Shown in pieces: positions 18,156 through 29,043 of a stretch of DNA of 64,000 bases. A program made the position numbers and the translations under genes. How positions within the stretch are numbered: the first letter of the stretch is position 1; every line of letters starts with the position of its first letter. Under the pieces are notes generated by a model that saw only the letters and a program-made list of their open reading frames with translations, searched no databases and had not been told where the DNA came from. Origin of the DNA: an uncultured delta proteobacterium (GTDB taxonomy: Bacteria > Desulfobacterota > Binatia > Binatales > Binataceae); the NCBI GenBank assembly GCA_963842085.1, contig CAWJET010000002.1:1216001-1280000 (forward strand), in the 5' to 3' direction.

Positions 18156-19604
18156 GGTGATGTCCCGAGCGTCGTTGAATTTGACGGCAGCAGCGGCAGT
18201 TCGCATTCCTACGCAGCCTCCTCAGTTGCGTCAAGCTTCGAAAGGTCTGCTCGCAATGCGCGCTTAAGCAGCGAGAGATGACGATAGCCCCGGATCCGTC
18301 TGAAGTGCTCCTCGGCCTGCAGCAGACCGACCGCGGCCCAGCGGCTGATCATGTCGCCCGAACGCCAGCGGGTCACATTACGGCTGGTGCGACGCGCTGA
18401 ACCGATCAGATTCTCGATCGCGTTGGTAGTGACCAGGAAGCCTCGCAGCGGCGCCGGCAGCTCCAGTTTCAAGACCGTGAGCGTTTCCTCCATTCCTTCG
18501 CGCAGACTGGCCGCGGCGCCGTTCTCGCCATTGCGTTCCAGCCACTGCAGCAGCGGCTTCAGTCGGCGCCGCGCCAGCTCGGCCGAATCGCTGGCCCAGG
18601 CGGCTGAGAGTGCACGGGCGACGTGGGCCTTGCGGCTTTGCGGCAAGTGATCGAGCACGTTGCGCTTCTTATGAACCTGACATCTTTGCACCACCACCAG
18701 ATCGCCGAAGACATCAGTCAGTGCCTTGCGGATGCCGCGCCCGCCATCGATCACACACAGGGTGCGGCCCTCTACCTTGAGTCCGCGCTCGAGGAGGTTC
18801 TGCAGCAGCGCGGTTGAGAGCGCGGCGTTCTCGGTCGACCCTAGCCACAGGCCCAGCACTACTTTGCGCCCGTCCGCCAAGATCCTCAGCGCCACCACCA
18901 CCGTGCGTCGGGCGACCTCCACCCCGTCGAGCATCAGCACCAGCAGATCGAGCTGGTCGAGCCGGCGGGTAAGCTGCTCGCGCAGCTGGTCGGTCATCCG
19001 TGCGATCAGGTGGCGGCTCGCCGCACTCTTGCTCGTCCCCCGCGCCGCTACGCCCACCGGCGGCGGCTCCAGGCTCTTCTCATAACCGCGGGTCGAGACT
19101 CCGAGCAGGATCTGATTGAGTACTCGCGCGGGCACCGGATCGATACGCTGGAAGTGCTCGACCGTGGGCAGCTGCTCCTCGCCGCCCACGAGGTTGCGTA
19201 CCCGCGGGCGGTTGACCACAATCCGCCGCCCACCGAATGGCAGTTCGGCCGGCGCCGAGCCCCAGCGATAATGTGAACGCTCCTTCGAATGCTTGCCCTT
19301 CGGACCGGCGAGCTGCTCGGCGTCACGTTCGAACAGTTCGCCCAGTGCGCTCAGTCCCACTTGCTGGACCCACTCCAACAGCGCCTGTTTGCTGCGCGCC
19401 ATCCCCTCGATCATCGGCAGCAACAGCTGCTGCGCGCTTAACAGCAGGCCCCCACCGGCTTGCTTAGCCTCCCGGCTCTTTGCTCTGTTCCTCATCGGCG
19501 GCTCCTTTCCCCCTCGGGGACGGTGTTGTTGGCACGACCCATTCTCAGGCCGGCCTGGAGCCGCCGCTACCTATTCAAATTTCAACATTCGGGGGGACAT
19601 CGCC
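18156..19604 (-). mobile_element. IS256-family insertion sequence
   Basis: Imperfect TIRs GGTGATGTCCCGAGCGTCGTTGAATTTGA / GGCGATGTCCCCCCGAATGTTGAAATTTGA; no target duplication visible. Confidence 0.9.
18209..19495 (-). CDS. IS256-family transposase
   Basis: GVSTR, LMLDG, VIDG..GI, QRCQVHK, TTNAIE motifs. Confidence 0.93.
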   Translation of the reverse strand: MRNRAKSREAKQAGGGLLLSAQQLLLPMIEGMARSKQALLEWVQQVGLSALGELFERDAEQLAGPKGKHSKERSHYRWGSAPAELPFGGRRIVVNRPRVRNLVGGEEQLPTVEHFQRIDPVPARVLNQILLGVSTRGYEKSLEPPPVGVAARGTSKSAASRHLIARMTDQLREQLTRRLDQLDLLVLMLDGVEVARRTVVVALRILADGRKVVLGLWLGSTENAALSTALLQNLLERGLKVEGRTLCVIDGGRGIRKALTDVFGDLVVVQRCQVHKKRNVLDHLPQSRKAHVARALSAAWASDSAELARRRLKPLLQWLERNGENGAAASLREGMEETLTVLKLELPAPLRGFLVTTNAIENLIGSARRTSRNVTRWRSGDMISRWAAVGLLQAEEHFRRIRGYRHLSLLKRALRADLSKLDATEEAA

Positions 19605-20654
19605 GAAGCTCACATTAACATCGACTATCTCTGGCGCGGCAACCACCTGGCCCTGACGCGCCGCTTGGAGTCGTTGAATTTCGTGGAGCGAGTTGTCTCG
19701 CGACTGTTGAATTTTGGCTCGAAAACGAAAAGCGAGCGCTACGGCTTCCTTAAGGCATGTGAATGCGCGAACCGCCGCTTGGATGTCCGTGCTATGTTCG
19801 CCTTCGGCTCCACCCGTTTCGGCGGTTTCGGCAGGCGTTTGACTAGACTTAGCCTTGTTCGCCGCCAGCGAGGCCTCGCGCAAGCGGTCATTTAGGTGCT
19901 TCACCAAAATTAATTCAGAGGAACTCAGTCCTCCAGACACCCGTAAGAATTCTCTAGTGAGAGCTAGTCGTGATTCCTCTACGGTACCATCGTCAAGCTT
20001 ACTCTCGGTCGTAGCCCGCATGTTGCTGTTGGTGCGCGCTTTCTCTTTCTCTTTCAGAAACTCCATAATTTCCGGGAGTTTATCAAACCGTTGACCCGTC
20101 TCGCCGCTTATGAACTTGAGGTGGTTAAAGAGCTCGCTTAAAGACAGATTGCCGAGCGATTCTGGAGTGACCAGAAGAGCCGATATGACCTTGTCGATAC
20201 GATCGAGCAGCCACGCGTCTTTGATCCAGCGTTCGGCGAAGTATTCCTGGACCGTGCCTTCGGGCCTCAAATCAGCCAACGCCCCGTCCACAAATTCGGA
20301 AAATTGCTGCGGGTCCTCGCCTTCAATTAAAGCAAATTTCCCAAGCAACCCATGCTTGAAAGATTTCGTAGCCGGGCTCACTCTATCAGCATCCGAGCGT
20401 GGTTCGGTGCTGCCGTCGGCGTTTTGAAAATTCGCTGCGGTCGGCTGCGAAGCCGCCACTTTCATCTTCTCGTCTGACGCTTCCTCCCGGGCGTCTAGCT
20501 TCGGTTCTTCGCGGAGAATATCATCCATGCTGAAACGTGCTGCGGCATTCTCGTTCACCAGATAATCATCTTGCTTCTGTTCGTCAGTCATTATTCTATC
20601 TCCTATATGGCGCGCCATCGCGCGCTCTCGTTTTAGTGTGTGAGGATTCCACAC
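19575..20654 (-). CDS. hypothetical protein of the STGP/KHGL family; C-terminus cut by IS256
   Basis: STEPRS...KHGLLG...EDPQQF...DLRPEG; paralog of 20850-21635 and 55328-56035; last codons come from the IS end. Confidence 0.7.
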   Translation of the reverse strand: MWNPHTLKRERAMARHIGDRIMTDEQKQDDYLVNENAAARFSMDDILREEPKLDAREEASDEKMKVAASQPTAANFQNADGSTEPRSDADRVSPATKSFKHGLLGKFALIEGEDPQQFSEFVDGALADLRPEGTVQEYFAERWIKDAWLLDRIDKVISALLVTPESLGNLSLSELFNHLKFISGETGQRFDKLPEIMEFLKEKEKARTNSNMRATTESKLDDGTVEESRLALTREFLRVSGGLSSSELILVKHLNDRLREASLAANKAKSSQTPAETAETGGAEGEHSTDIQAAVRAFTCLKEAVALAFRFRAKIQQSRDNSLHEIQRLQAARQGQVVAAPEIVDVNVSFGDVPPNVEI

Positions 20655-20849
20655 GCCCGCTCAGGAAGCTCCTGACCCGGTCGGCGCTTGAGTTAAAACT
20701 TGCTACGCGATCGACCTTGATGATCTTCGATAGAGCGACCCGCGGTCAGTGATCATTGGCTTCGTTTGGTAATTTTGCCTCAAATTTCGATCCTCCGCTT
20801 TCTCCTTGAAAGTCGCGTTAACCTCGACAACTTCCGGCAGGGCAACCAG

Positions 20850-21635
20850 TTAGCCTTGGCGCTCGGCTTGGAGCCGTTGAAGCCGGTGGAGCGCGTCGCC
20901 GAGCGACCGTTCAATTTTGGTTCGATAACGTAATTCGAGAGCCGCGGCCGCTCGATTGAGCACAAACGCACGCGCTATCGTGTTGATGGACGCTTCGGTG
21001 GAAGCGGCGCTACGTTCGTCTTCGGCAGATGTTTGAATAGACTGAGCTTTGTTCGCCGCCGACGCCGCTATGAAACGGGCAATCATGTGTTTGACTAGGA
21101 TTGATTGGACGGAGTTCCATTCGTCTCCTAGCCTTGCGAGCTTCTCGGCGCTCGCCAAATGAGACTCCCACACGGAGCCTGCGTCGAGTTCATTCTGCGC
21201 CAGAGTCTGCATATTGCGCTCAATGTCAACGAGAAATTTTAATGTCTCTGGAAGCTCGTCAAACCGTCGACCGCTATCATCACAAAAGAATCTGAAGACC
21301 TCTAACATCTCGAATACGGAAAGTTCATCAAGCGATTCCTGATTCACCAGTAAGGCCGATTCGCCATTATCGAGACGATCGATCCGCCACATGTCTTTGA
21401 TCAAGCGATCGACCAAGCTCTCTTCGACCATGCCCCGAGGCTTCAGGTCAGCGCGCATCGCCTGCGCAAATTCGGAAAACTCGTGCGGGTCCTCGCCTGG
21501 AACTGGATCGAATTCCCCAAGCAGCCCGTGCTTTGCAGAGTTCATAGCCGACCTCGCTTTTCCTGCGTCCGTACGAGGACCGGTGCTACGCTTTGCGTTC
21601 CTCCGGTTCGCCGCGATTTGTTTTCTTGTTGCCAT
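20850..21635 (-). CDS. hypothetical protein MATRKQIAANRRNA..STGPRT..GK (slightly truncated by a nonsense codon)
   Basis: Family N-terminus; after TAA the frame continues LVALPEVVEVN, matching paralog QVVAAPEIVDVN. Confidence 0.75.
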   Translation of the reverse strand: MATRKQIAANRRNAKRSTGPRTDAGKARSAMNSAKHGLLGEFDPVPGEDPHEFSEFAQAMRADLKPRGMVEESLVDRLIKDMWRIDRLDNGESALLVNQESLDELSVFEMLEVFRFFCDDSGRRFDELPETLKFLVDIERNMQTLAQNELDAGSVWESHLASAEKLARLGDEWNSVQSILVKHMIARFIAASAANKAQSIQTSAEDERSAASTEASINTIARAFVLNRAAAALELRYRTKIERSLGDALHRLQRLQAERQG

Positions 21636-21725
21636 TTGTTCATGTTTCCGGCCAACGATGTCACCGATGCCCCTTTTGATCCTCCAGCAGACCGGAAGCC
21701 TCGGTCAGAGCGAGCGCCACGACCG

Positions 21726-22115
21726 TCAATCTTCGGAGTCCTCCTCCTCGTCCGTAGTGTTGCTGCTCGCTGCTAGGTCTTCTTCGACGCGACGAAATTC
21801 TAGTTCGCCGCTTCGCGCGTCGTTGACCTCCCGGGCGATCCGCTTCGGTGTTATCCGCGGCCATCCGTTGATGCTGCTGGCCTTGAGGAGGCCCAAGGCT
21901 TCACCGTTATCAATGAGGAGCAAATTAAAGTCGAGGAGCATTTCGTTCAAATCAGAAATGAAACGCTGATCGAGTCGCCGGCGTCCCGTTATGCGCTTCA
22001 GAGTCTTTTCCGAAACCCGATTGCGAACCAGATCCTTTCCCAATTCACGCTCCTTTCGCCTGACCATTAAAGCGACGAGCAGCGCCGCCTCCCTTACTGT
22101 TGGCAATTCTCGCAT
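21726..22115 (-). CDS. hypothetical protein
   Basis: 129-aa ORF with acidic tail, AGGA upstream. Confidence 0.6.
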   Translation of the reverse strand: MRELPTVREAALLVALMVRRKERELGKDLVRNRVSEKTLKRITGRRRLDQRFISDLNEMLLDFNLLLIDNGEALGLLKASSINGWPRITPKRIAREVNDARSGELEFRRVEEDLAASSNTTDEEEDSED

Positions 22116-22509
22116 TTCAGAGTTTCCTTTTCAAGGGTTGTTGATCATATTTCTTGATTGAAAATAAATGATCACTAGCTGTTTCTGATTATTTATACCA
22201 CCGAATCAACCTGATGCAAGAGTCGTCGCCGACAGCTCGCGACGAGACTCGACTTCAAGCGATGGTCCGATGATGTAGTCGCTCAATCGGAGGAATGATT
22301 GGCCGCTGGCGGCAGTAAGCTTGAGGAATTGCCCGCAATTCACTGCAAAGTTATTAGTCTTTTCTGCTGAAATTCCCGGGTAGGGCCGCGCAATGTAAAT
22401 TCGATTTGCCCATTTCCTGTTCCCGGAATTCGTTGCTGGGCGCACACCCTCTTAGGCAATGGTTGCGATCGATTCGCGATATCCAACGGTCCAGGTTTAC
22501 TTCTCCAGC

Positions 22510-22884
22510 TCAAATCGCAATCTTGAGCGCTATCTCCTCAAAGACCACCTGCGGCACTTTGACCTTGCATTTGCCATGAGGCTTTTTAAAGATTCGCACT
22601 AGGCCATGTCGCTCCAAAATCCGAATATCCTCTTGCACATTCTTGAAGTTCCGTTCGACCATTTTCGCAAGCTCATAGAGCGATGCCGGATGCCGGGTTC
22701 GAATCGGTCGCATAAGCGAGAGCCGCTCACGCGTCAGGAAGTTTCGGGCCGCTTCGATGCTTGTGAAGCCGACTTCATCACGCGATTTCTTTGATATTCA
22801 ACCCGTTCGGACACCGTCATAGGTTTTGGCGAAATCGTCTGCTACTTCGTTTAGTGACTTGATCGAAAAGGTAACTGTCTTCAT
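22510..22884 (-). pseudogene. HVO_A0114-like HTH antitoxin with in-frame nonsense codon
   Basis: MKTVTFSI...GVRTG*ISKKSRDEVGFTSIEAARNFLTRERL..HPASLYELAKMVERNFKNVQEDI; TGA at 22798-22800; no cognate toxin upstream. Confidence 0.75.
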
Positions 22885-23085
22885 TTTGTTTCTCCTGCCA
22901 ATGCGGTCGCTTGAGCAAGGAAATCTGCGGCGAGCTGTCTCGCCGTTACAAAGGAATAAGGCTCCTCGGATTAGGCGCGCACCGGCACACTGAGCTCGCG
23001 CAACGCGAGGTGCCGAAAAGGCGATGTCTGCGCGAATATCGACGTACCGCGCCGATGCACTCTTGCAGATTAGACCGGAGCCAAC

Positions 23086-23568
23086 TCAACCAGCCGGAGC
23101 CAACTCAACCAGCTGAATGGTACGGCTGGTCCTTTTCTGGTAGTCCGCGTATGCGGGGTACATGGCAACCAGCCTGGGCCACATCTCTTGTCTTTCTTCA
23201 GGTGCGAGGGTGCTCGCGCGATAGGCGCCGCGCACCCACCGTCGCTCTACTGTCACCTCGGGATTCGCCACCAGGTTCAAATGCCAATCAGGGGCCTTGT
23301 CGCTGCCGCCGAATGACGCCACCACATAGAGCTTGCCGTCGCGCTCCAGGTACAGCAGCGGCTTGGAGATCTCGCGCCCGCTCTTGCGCCCGCGCACCGT
23401 GAGCACCAAGGTATTCCAGTTCAGAGGCGACCATCCGTCGACTAATCGATAGAACGCCCATGCATGCTGCTGAACCATCGCGAGAACGCCAGCGTCATCG
23501 GATCTGTCTTCATGCTCGCACTCCCGATTGCAGGCCGCGGAGGACTCTGCTTGGAGGTCGGAGAGCAT
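23086..23568 (-). CDS. deazaflavin (F420)-dependent nitroreductase (DDN) family; start uncertain
   Basis: LTVRGRKSG, VVASFGG..PDWHLNLVANP, YADYQKRTSRTI. Confidence 0.85.
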   Translation of the reverse strand: MLSDLQAESSAACNRECEHEDRSDDAGVLAMVQQHAWAFYRLVDGWSPLNWNTLVLTVRGRKSGREISKPLLYLERDGKLYVVASFGGSDKAPDWHLNLVANPEVTVERRWVRGAYRASTLAPEERQEMWPRLVAMYPAYADYQKRTSRTIQLVELAPAG

Positions 23569-23947
23569 TGGTCAAATTGTGGGTGGTCGTGATCGACCGG
23601 CAGCCGTACGTCCGCTCTGCGATCGCGCATTACGGACGTATTCAGAAGAACACTACAGCCCTTACGTGAAGTTGAAGGCGGCGGACTAGGAATTCGACAA
23701 GGTGAAGGTGGAAGAGATGCCGGACATGAAGGAAAAGGTCGCCGCCGCGATGGCAGACAAGTACTGGATGGACGTCCTCATCCGGCACGAGTCGCATCCC
23801 GATGGTCGCGCGCCTGGTTCCAGAGTCGCCTTCATCCGAGACGTCATCACACTGATTGCTATTCCAGATTTCGCCGTTCTGGCCGCCAGGATCCTTGGGC
23901 GGCACGGTGTGCAGCGGATGGCAGCGCACCGTCAGCGATTCGCAAAG

Positions 23948-25123
23948 TCAATCGTGATCGTGCTCGCGTCTTACCTGACGCTCGGCTGAATCGAGGTCGG
24001 CCTTCGGCAGACCAAACCGATTCATCATCCGGTAAACTGTGTAGCGCGATACGCCCAGTAACTCGGAAGCGCGCCGGCAATTCCCCTCGGTCGCCTGCAG
24101 CGCGCGAATCAGTGCGAGCTTCGAGGCCTCGCGGATTACGGCGTCGAGCGAGTAAGGCCAATCCTTCCCCACGCCATTGACGCCGCCCTCGACGAGGTCG
24201 AGTGCGCCATTTGGCAGCATCAAATCGACGGGCAAGCCAGTCGGCTCGCAGGCGGCATTTTCATGGTGAAGGGGCAGATCGTCGAGATCGATACGGTCGC
24301 TTTCGTTCATCAGAACCGCGTTCTCGATTACATGCCCGAGCTCGCGGACGTTACCAAGCCACTCATTGGCGCACACTGCGTCCATGGCGGCGCGCGAGAC
24401 GAATTTCACGTCTTTGCCGAACAGGCGGTTGAAATGCTCGATAAAATGAGCGACGAAGGCGGGAATTGCCTCGCGCCGTTCGCGAAGGGGAGGAACCAGG
24501 ATTGCCGGGGAGTTGAGCCGATAGTAGAGATCGTCGCGGAATTGCCCTGCCTTCACCATCGCGCGCAGGTCGCGATTGGTCGCCGCGACCAGCCGAATAT
24601 CAACCGAGTAGCAACGCGACGAACCGACCGGCTGGATCTCGTGTGTCTCGACAGCGTGCAGCAGCTTGGGCTGCAATTGGAGCGGAAGCTCGCCGATTTC
24701 GTCCAAAAACAGTGTTCCGCCATTGGCCGAGCGGAAATAGCCGAGCGAATCCTCGCGCGCATCAGTGAAGGCACCCCGCACATGGCCGAAGAGCTGCGAT
24801 TCGGCCAGCGAGTCCACCAGGTTGGAGCAATTGAAGGTCACGAAGGGGCCGCCCGCGGCCGAGCCCAGCGTGTGCAACGCTCGAGCGACCAGCTCTTTGC
24901 CGGTCCCGGACTCGCCGTGAATCAGGACGGTCGTCTTATACGAACTCAAGCGTGTGATGGTTTTCAGTACCTTGCGCAGTTGCGCAGACCGCACGACCAT
25001 TCCGCCAAACCGTTCCGACCCCTGCGCAAGATGCTCCAGGCTCAACCATTCGCACGCGGCCGCCGTCGGCTCGGCGCGAAGATTATTCATCGCAGCCGCG
25101 ACCAGCAATCCGTTCGCCGACAT
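23948..25123 (-). CDS. sigma54-dependent activator (AAA+ and Fis HTH) without an evident sensor domain
   Basis: GESGTGKE, GAFTDA, LFLDEIGE, GNVREL, C-terminal HTH; GGAG RBS before ATG 25123. Confidence 0.9.
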   Translation of the reverse strand: MSANGLLVAAAMNNLRAEPTAAACEWLSLEHLAQGSERFGGMVVRSAQLRKVLKTITRLSSYKTTVLIHGESGTGKELVARALHTLGSAAGGPFVTFNCSNLVDSLAESQLFGHVRGAFTDAREDSLGYFRSANGGTLFLDEIGELPLQLQPKLLHAVETHEIQPVGSSRCYSVDIRLVAATNRDLRAMVKAGQFRDDLYYRLNSPAILVPPLRERREAIPAFVAHFIEHFNRLFGKDVKFVSRAAMDAVCANEWLGNVRELGHVIENAVLMNESDRIDLDDLPLHHENAACEPTGLPVDLMLPNGALDLVEGGVNGVGKDWPYSLDAVIREASKLALIRALQATEGNCRRASELLGVSRYTVYRMMNRFGLPKADLDSAERQVRREHDHD

Positions 25124-25165
25124 CGTAGTCTCCCTGGCGTCCCAAATCGTATCTCTTCCTTCAGG

Positions 25166-25181
25166 TGCAGAAGGCGTGCCA
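25166..25181 (-). promoter_or_regulatory. sigma54 -24/-12 promoter
   Basis: TGGCACGCCTTCTGCA about 40 nt upstream of ATG 25123. Confidence 0.7.
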
Positions 25182-25387
25182 TGAACTGCCTCCACAACAA
25201 TGCTCCAAAAAGCGACTGTATTTGCTGGATCTAGCGAAGCTGGCGAACCGATCGAGGGACAAGAAGGCGAACGTTGATCTGATACATTTCCGCAGCTGCC
25301 TCAGAAATGAAGCACCGCTGACGAAGGCCCTTCAGAAGCTCCTCTATCCAAATAGATGCGCACGAGCTAGCAGCGACAGAGGCGAGA

Positions 25388-25435
25388 GTCCTTGATGCCG
25401 GCGAACAGCGCGGTGACGGTCTTGCGCTCACCGTC
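25388..25435 (-). pseudogene. fragment of class III nucleotide cyclase gene
   Basis: Translates DGERKTVTALFAGIK, versus EGERKTVTALFADIK at ~58020. Confidence 0.75.
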
Positions 25436-25594
25436 GCGAGTCTCTGGCCGGGTGATCTCGCTGATCATGCTCTACAAGGTCGACCGGTCGCTCCGTCCCC
25501 CAGACGACTTCGCGAAGCCTTGGCGGATATGTTCCAGCAGCCGCAACGCCGAGCGCTCCATGGTCCGTTCGTCCCTGCTTTCGCAGGTGACCAA

Positions 25595-27160
25595 TCAGCG
25601 TAGCCCGTATTCCTTGATCTTGCGCTGAAGCGAGATGCGCGAGATGCCGAGCACGGTTGCGGTGCGCGACACGTTGCCACCGTTGTGGGCGAGCACTTCG
25701 GCGATGTGGCGGGCCTCGAAGCCCGCTCGCGCTTGCCGCAAAAGGGTGCCATCCGGGGCCGGCGTCGCAGAGATTTTGAGGGGCTTCGCTTTCGAATCTG
25801 CCGCCACTCCTCGTAACTCGTCGGACAAATGTTCGGGGCTTATGCTCTCACCGCGGGGCGCGAGAACCACCGCGCGTTCGATCTCATTCTGGAGCTCGCG
25901 GATATTGCCCGGCCAATCGTACTTCTCCAACAGGTCCAGGGCGGCAGGATCAAATTCACGGATCTCCTTCTGCTGGCGCTCGCTTGCGATCGCCAGGAAT
26001 CGAGCCGCGAGCAATGGGATGTCGCGCCGCCGCGCGCGCAGCGGTGGAAGCTGGATCGGGAAAGCAGCGAGGCGGTAGTAAAGATCGGCGCGAAACGAGC
26101 CCGCCGCGACCGCCGCCTTGAGATCGCGATTGGTCGCAGAGAATACCCTCACGTTGACCTTCTCGGACCGGGTATCGCCGACCGAGATGATCTCTCCGTC
26201 CTGAAGCACGCGCAGCAGCGTCGGCTGCATCGCGAGCGGCATTTCGCCTATCTCGTCGAGAAAAATGATCCCGCCGGAAGCGGCGCGGAAGAACCCAGGC
26301 TGATCGCGGTCTGCGCCGGTAAAGGCGCCGCGGCGATGACCAAACAGCTCGCTCTCAAGCAAGTGCTCAGAAAGCGCGGCGCAGTTGACCGCCAGGAAAG
26401 GCTTGTCGGCCCGCGCGCTCATCCGATGGATCGCGCGCGCGACGTGCTCCTTGCCAGAGCCAGTCTCACCCACGAGCAGTACCGAGATCGGTGAGACCGC
26501 GGCGCTGTTCATGAGATGGTAAACTTCGGCCATCTCGGGGCTGACGCCGATGATTTCGTCGAGCAGCTCGTGGCGGGCGAGGTCGCGCCGAAGCGCACCC
26601 ACCTCGGTCCGCAGCATTTCCTCGGAGGCCTTTAGCTTGCCGACCCGATCCGCGTTGTGAATCGCCAAGGCGACGCTGTCCGCCAGCGCCTCCAACAGGG
26701 CCAGATCGTTGTCCGAGAACGCTTCCCTCCCCAGCGGGTTCACCGCCTCGATCACGCCCAGGCGAATCTCGTTAGCGACCAGCGGAGCCGCGAGCACCGA
26801 ACGGGTGGTGAGGCCGGTCTTCTTGTCGACGCCGGAATAGAAGTGGCTGTCGGTGGAAACGTTGTCGATTCTCACCGAGCGGCCGGTCTGGAAGACCTCG
26901 CCTGCTATCCCCTTGCCGACCGGCACGCGCACACGAGCGAGGCGTTTTGCAACCTTGGGGTCGCGATCGGAGAAGTACGGGAAATATAGTTCCTGGCTCT
27001 CGGCGTCGAGCAGCATTACCGAGACGCCATCTGCGTCCAGCACTTCGCGGCACTTGCTCGTCACCAGCTCGATCAGTGGGACGAGCTCAAGACGGCTCGC
27101 AAAGGCATTGCCCAGTTCGTAAATCAGCCGGTAGGGCAGACTGCCCTTGGGACTCTCCAT
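25595..27160 (-). CDS. GAF-domain sigma54-dependent activator (NifA/FhlA-like)
   Basis: N-terminal GAF ([23 protein letters not shown]), [25 protein letters not shown]. Confidence 0.93.
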   Translation of the reverse strand: MESPKGSLPYRLIYELGNAFASRLELVPLIELVTSKCREVLDADGVSVMLLDAESQELYFPYFSDRDPKVAKRLARVRVPVGKGIAGEVFQTGRSVRIDNVSTDSHFYSGVDKKTGLTTRSVLAAPLVANEIRLGVIEAVNPLGREAFSDNDLALLEALADSVALAIHNADRVGKLKASEEMLRTEVGALRRDLARHELLDEIIGVSPEMAEVYHLMNSAAVSPISVLLVGETGSGKEHVARAIHRMSARADKPFLAVNCAALSEHLLESELFGHRRGAFTGADRDQPGFFRAASGGIIFLDEIGEMPLAMQPTLLRVLQDGEIISVGDTRSEKVNVRVFSATNRDLKAAVAAGSFRADLYYRLAAFPIQLPPLRARRRDIPLLAARFLAIASERQQKEIREFDPAALDLLEKYDWPGNIRELQNEIERAVVLAPRGESISPEHLSDELRGVAADSKAKPLKISATPAPDGTLLRQARAGFEARHIAEVLAHNGGNVSRTATVLGISRISLQRKIKEYGLR

Positions 27161-27631
27161 ACTTCAGAGCCGCGCGGCGACGCCGGCCTTCTGGAGCATA
27201 ATACACGAGAGCGCCTTAGGTCATCTAGTTGGGAGCCACGAGGCACGGAGCGCCGGCCTTAGGGAAGCCCTCAGCTGGTCCCTCCAATTTCGGCCCCTTG
27301 GGGCTCAGAGACGATTACGCTGTGTTCGCACCCACTCTAGGGATCCGAGCGCGAACGGTCGCACGTTCCATCGCACGCTGTGCTGACCTGCTCAAGGTGG
27401 GCGGTCGTGCCGTTTTGCTCACCACGTAAAGCGAAATGGGTTCGTTCGGCAAAAAATGGAAAACTACTCTTCGCCAACTATTAGCGTTTGCAAGCTGGCT
27501 TCGACTCAGGTCCGAATGTCGCGTTTGCAAACCGTTTGGCCTTGGTGGGAGTCTGAATCAGGATTCAAAGTGGAAATTCCGATCTAGTCGAGACCGATCA
27601 GAGGAACCGACGGCAAGCAAGGGAGAGCGAC

Positions 27632-28531
27632 ATGGCTCGTATCCACGCAAACGGGATTGATATCGAGTACGAAGAATTTGGCCCGAAAACCGGCACGCCG
27701 GTGCTTCTGATCATGGGACTGGGTGCGCAGCTGACGCGCTGGCCGCTGGAATTTATCGAAATTCTTACGTCGCGAGGATATCGGGTAATTCGCTACGACA
27801 ATCGCGACGTGGGGCTGTCGCAAAAGTTCGACAGCGCGGGACCGGCCGATGTCGTCAAGATGATGGCCGAGATGGCGCAGGGAAAAAAGCCAAGCGTCGC
27901 GTACACGCTGGAGGATATGGCGAACGATGCGGCGGGACTGCTCGACGCGCTTCGGATCGACAAGGCGCATATCGTGGGCGCGTCGTTGGGCGGGGCGATC
28001 GGGCAGCTCGTCGCCGCGAACCATCCAGGGAAAACGCTTTCATTCACCTCAATCATGTCCTCAAGCGGGAACAGCGTGCTTCCTCCGCCAAGGCCCGAAG
28101 CGATGGCCGTGCTCCTGAACCGTCCGCCGGCAGGTGATGTCGAGGCAACCATCGAGGCCGGGGTGAAGGCGTACAAGACGATCGGCAGCCCCGGCTATCC
28201 CACGGACGAAAGTGAAATACGCCGGCGCGTGGCCGAAGACTTCAAGCGATCGAATTATCCCGCGGGCTTTTCCCGGCAGGCGGCCGCCGCGCTGGCAAAC
28301 GGCGATCGGCGCGCGGCGCTCAAACGGATCGAAGCGCCCACGGTCGTCATTCACGGCGCGGACGATCCGCTCGTGCCGATTGAGGGCGGCCGCGATACGG
28401 CGGCGAATATCGCGGGCGCAGAGCTGATCGAAATTCCAGGCATGGGGCATGACCTCCCGGCCGCGCTCTATTCCAGAGTCGTTGACGCAATCGAATCAGT
28501 GGCGAAGCGCGCGCGCGTCGGTACGTCGTAG
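27632..28531 (+). CDS. alpha/beta-fold hydrolase (parent of the dispersed repeats)
   Basis: LIMGLG, YDNRDVG, nucleophile GASLG, HGADDPLVP, GMGHD; GGGAG RBS. Confidence 0.93.
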   Translation: MARIHANGIDIEYEEFGPKTGTPVLLIMGLGAQLTRWPLEFIEILTSRGYRVIRYDNRDVGLSQKFDSAGPADVVKMMAEMAQGKKPSVAYTLEDMANDAAGLLDALRIDKAHIVGASLGGAIGQLVAANHPGKTLSFTSIMSSSGNSVLPPPRPEAMAVLLNRPPAGDVEATIEAGVKAYKTIGSPGYPTDESEIRRRVAEDFKRSNYPAGFSRQAAAALANGDRRAALKRIEAPTVVIHGADDPLVPIEGGRDTAANIAGAELIEIPGMGHDLPAALYSRVVDAIESVAKRARVGTS

Positions 28532-28643
28532 GGGGAGGCGAAGTGGCTGCGGCAACCCAGCTGGCATTGGGCTTCCACTTTCTACGCCAATCCGCAAAAC
28601 CATCGGCAAACGGTCCGCGGCTATCTTCAGCCTGCCTACGCGG

Positions 28644-29043
28644 CTACTTCGTCCAGTTTTCGATCCGCAAGTCTGGGATGTGCGTGAAGTCGCGCTCATT
28701 ATTCGTCACTAGCGTCGCCTGTTGCACGAGCGCAATGTGCAGCGATCCAGAGATCATGATCCGCGATCATTTCACCGCGCCTTGCGAGATCGGCTTTGAT
28801 AGCACCGAACCGCTCGGCAATCGCCGGAGTGAAAGGCAGGAGTTTCACCCTTGCAAAGAATCGGCGGTAGCGGCGCAGATTCTTCTCGACCTGCGCGGAG
28901 CGGAAAATGCCGAAGTAGAGCTCGCCAAGCGTGATCAGCGAAATATAACGGCTTGAGGCACGAGTCGCCTAAAGCCGCGTGACGACCGCCGGCATCGCCC
29001 TCATGTAGTAGATGATCGTGTCCGTATCCAGGAGCCAATTCAC
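28644..29043 (-). pseudogene. vapC: VapC/PIN toxin, inactivated
   Basis: MNWLLDTDTIIYY..VTRL*..ISLITLGELYFG..DHDLWIAAH(frameshift)LVTNNERDF..IENW. Confidence 0.8.

Noticed and set aside
22798-22800. In-frame TGA in the HTH antitoxin as a second selenocysteine
   Set aside because: Not a Cys or redox position (context RTG*ISKK fits CGA>TGA), no evident hairpin, and the surrounding region is decayed.
23555-23830. Degraded ORF pieces (KLWVVVIDRQPYVR..AAMADKYW)
   Set aside because: Probably a pseudogene, but stops and frameshifts prevent a supportable family call.
25455-25520. LYKVDRSLR..DDFAK resembling the serine-recombinase YKVDRLTR..DFAK motif
   Set aside because: Too short and degenerate to support; cannot be the element's functional recombinase.
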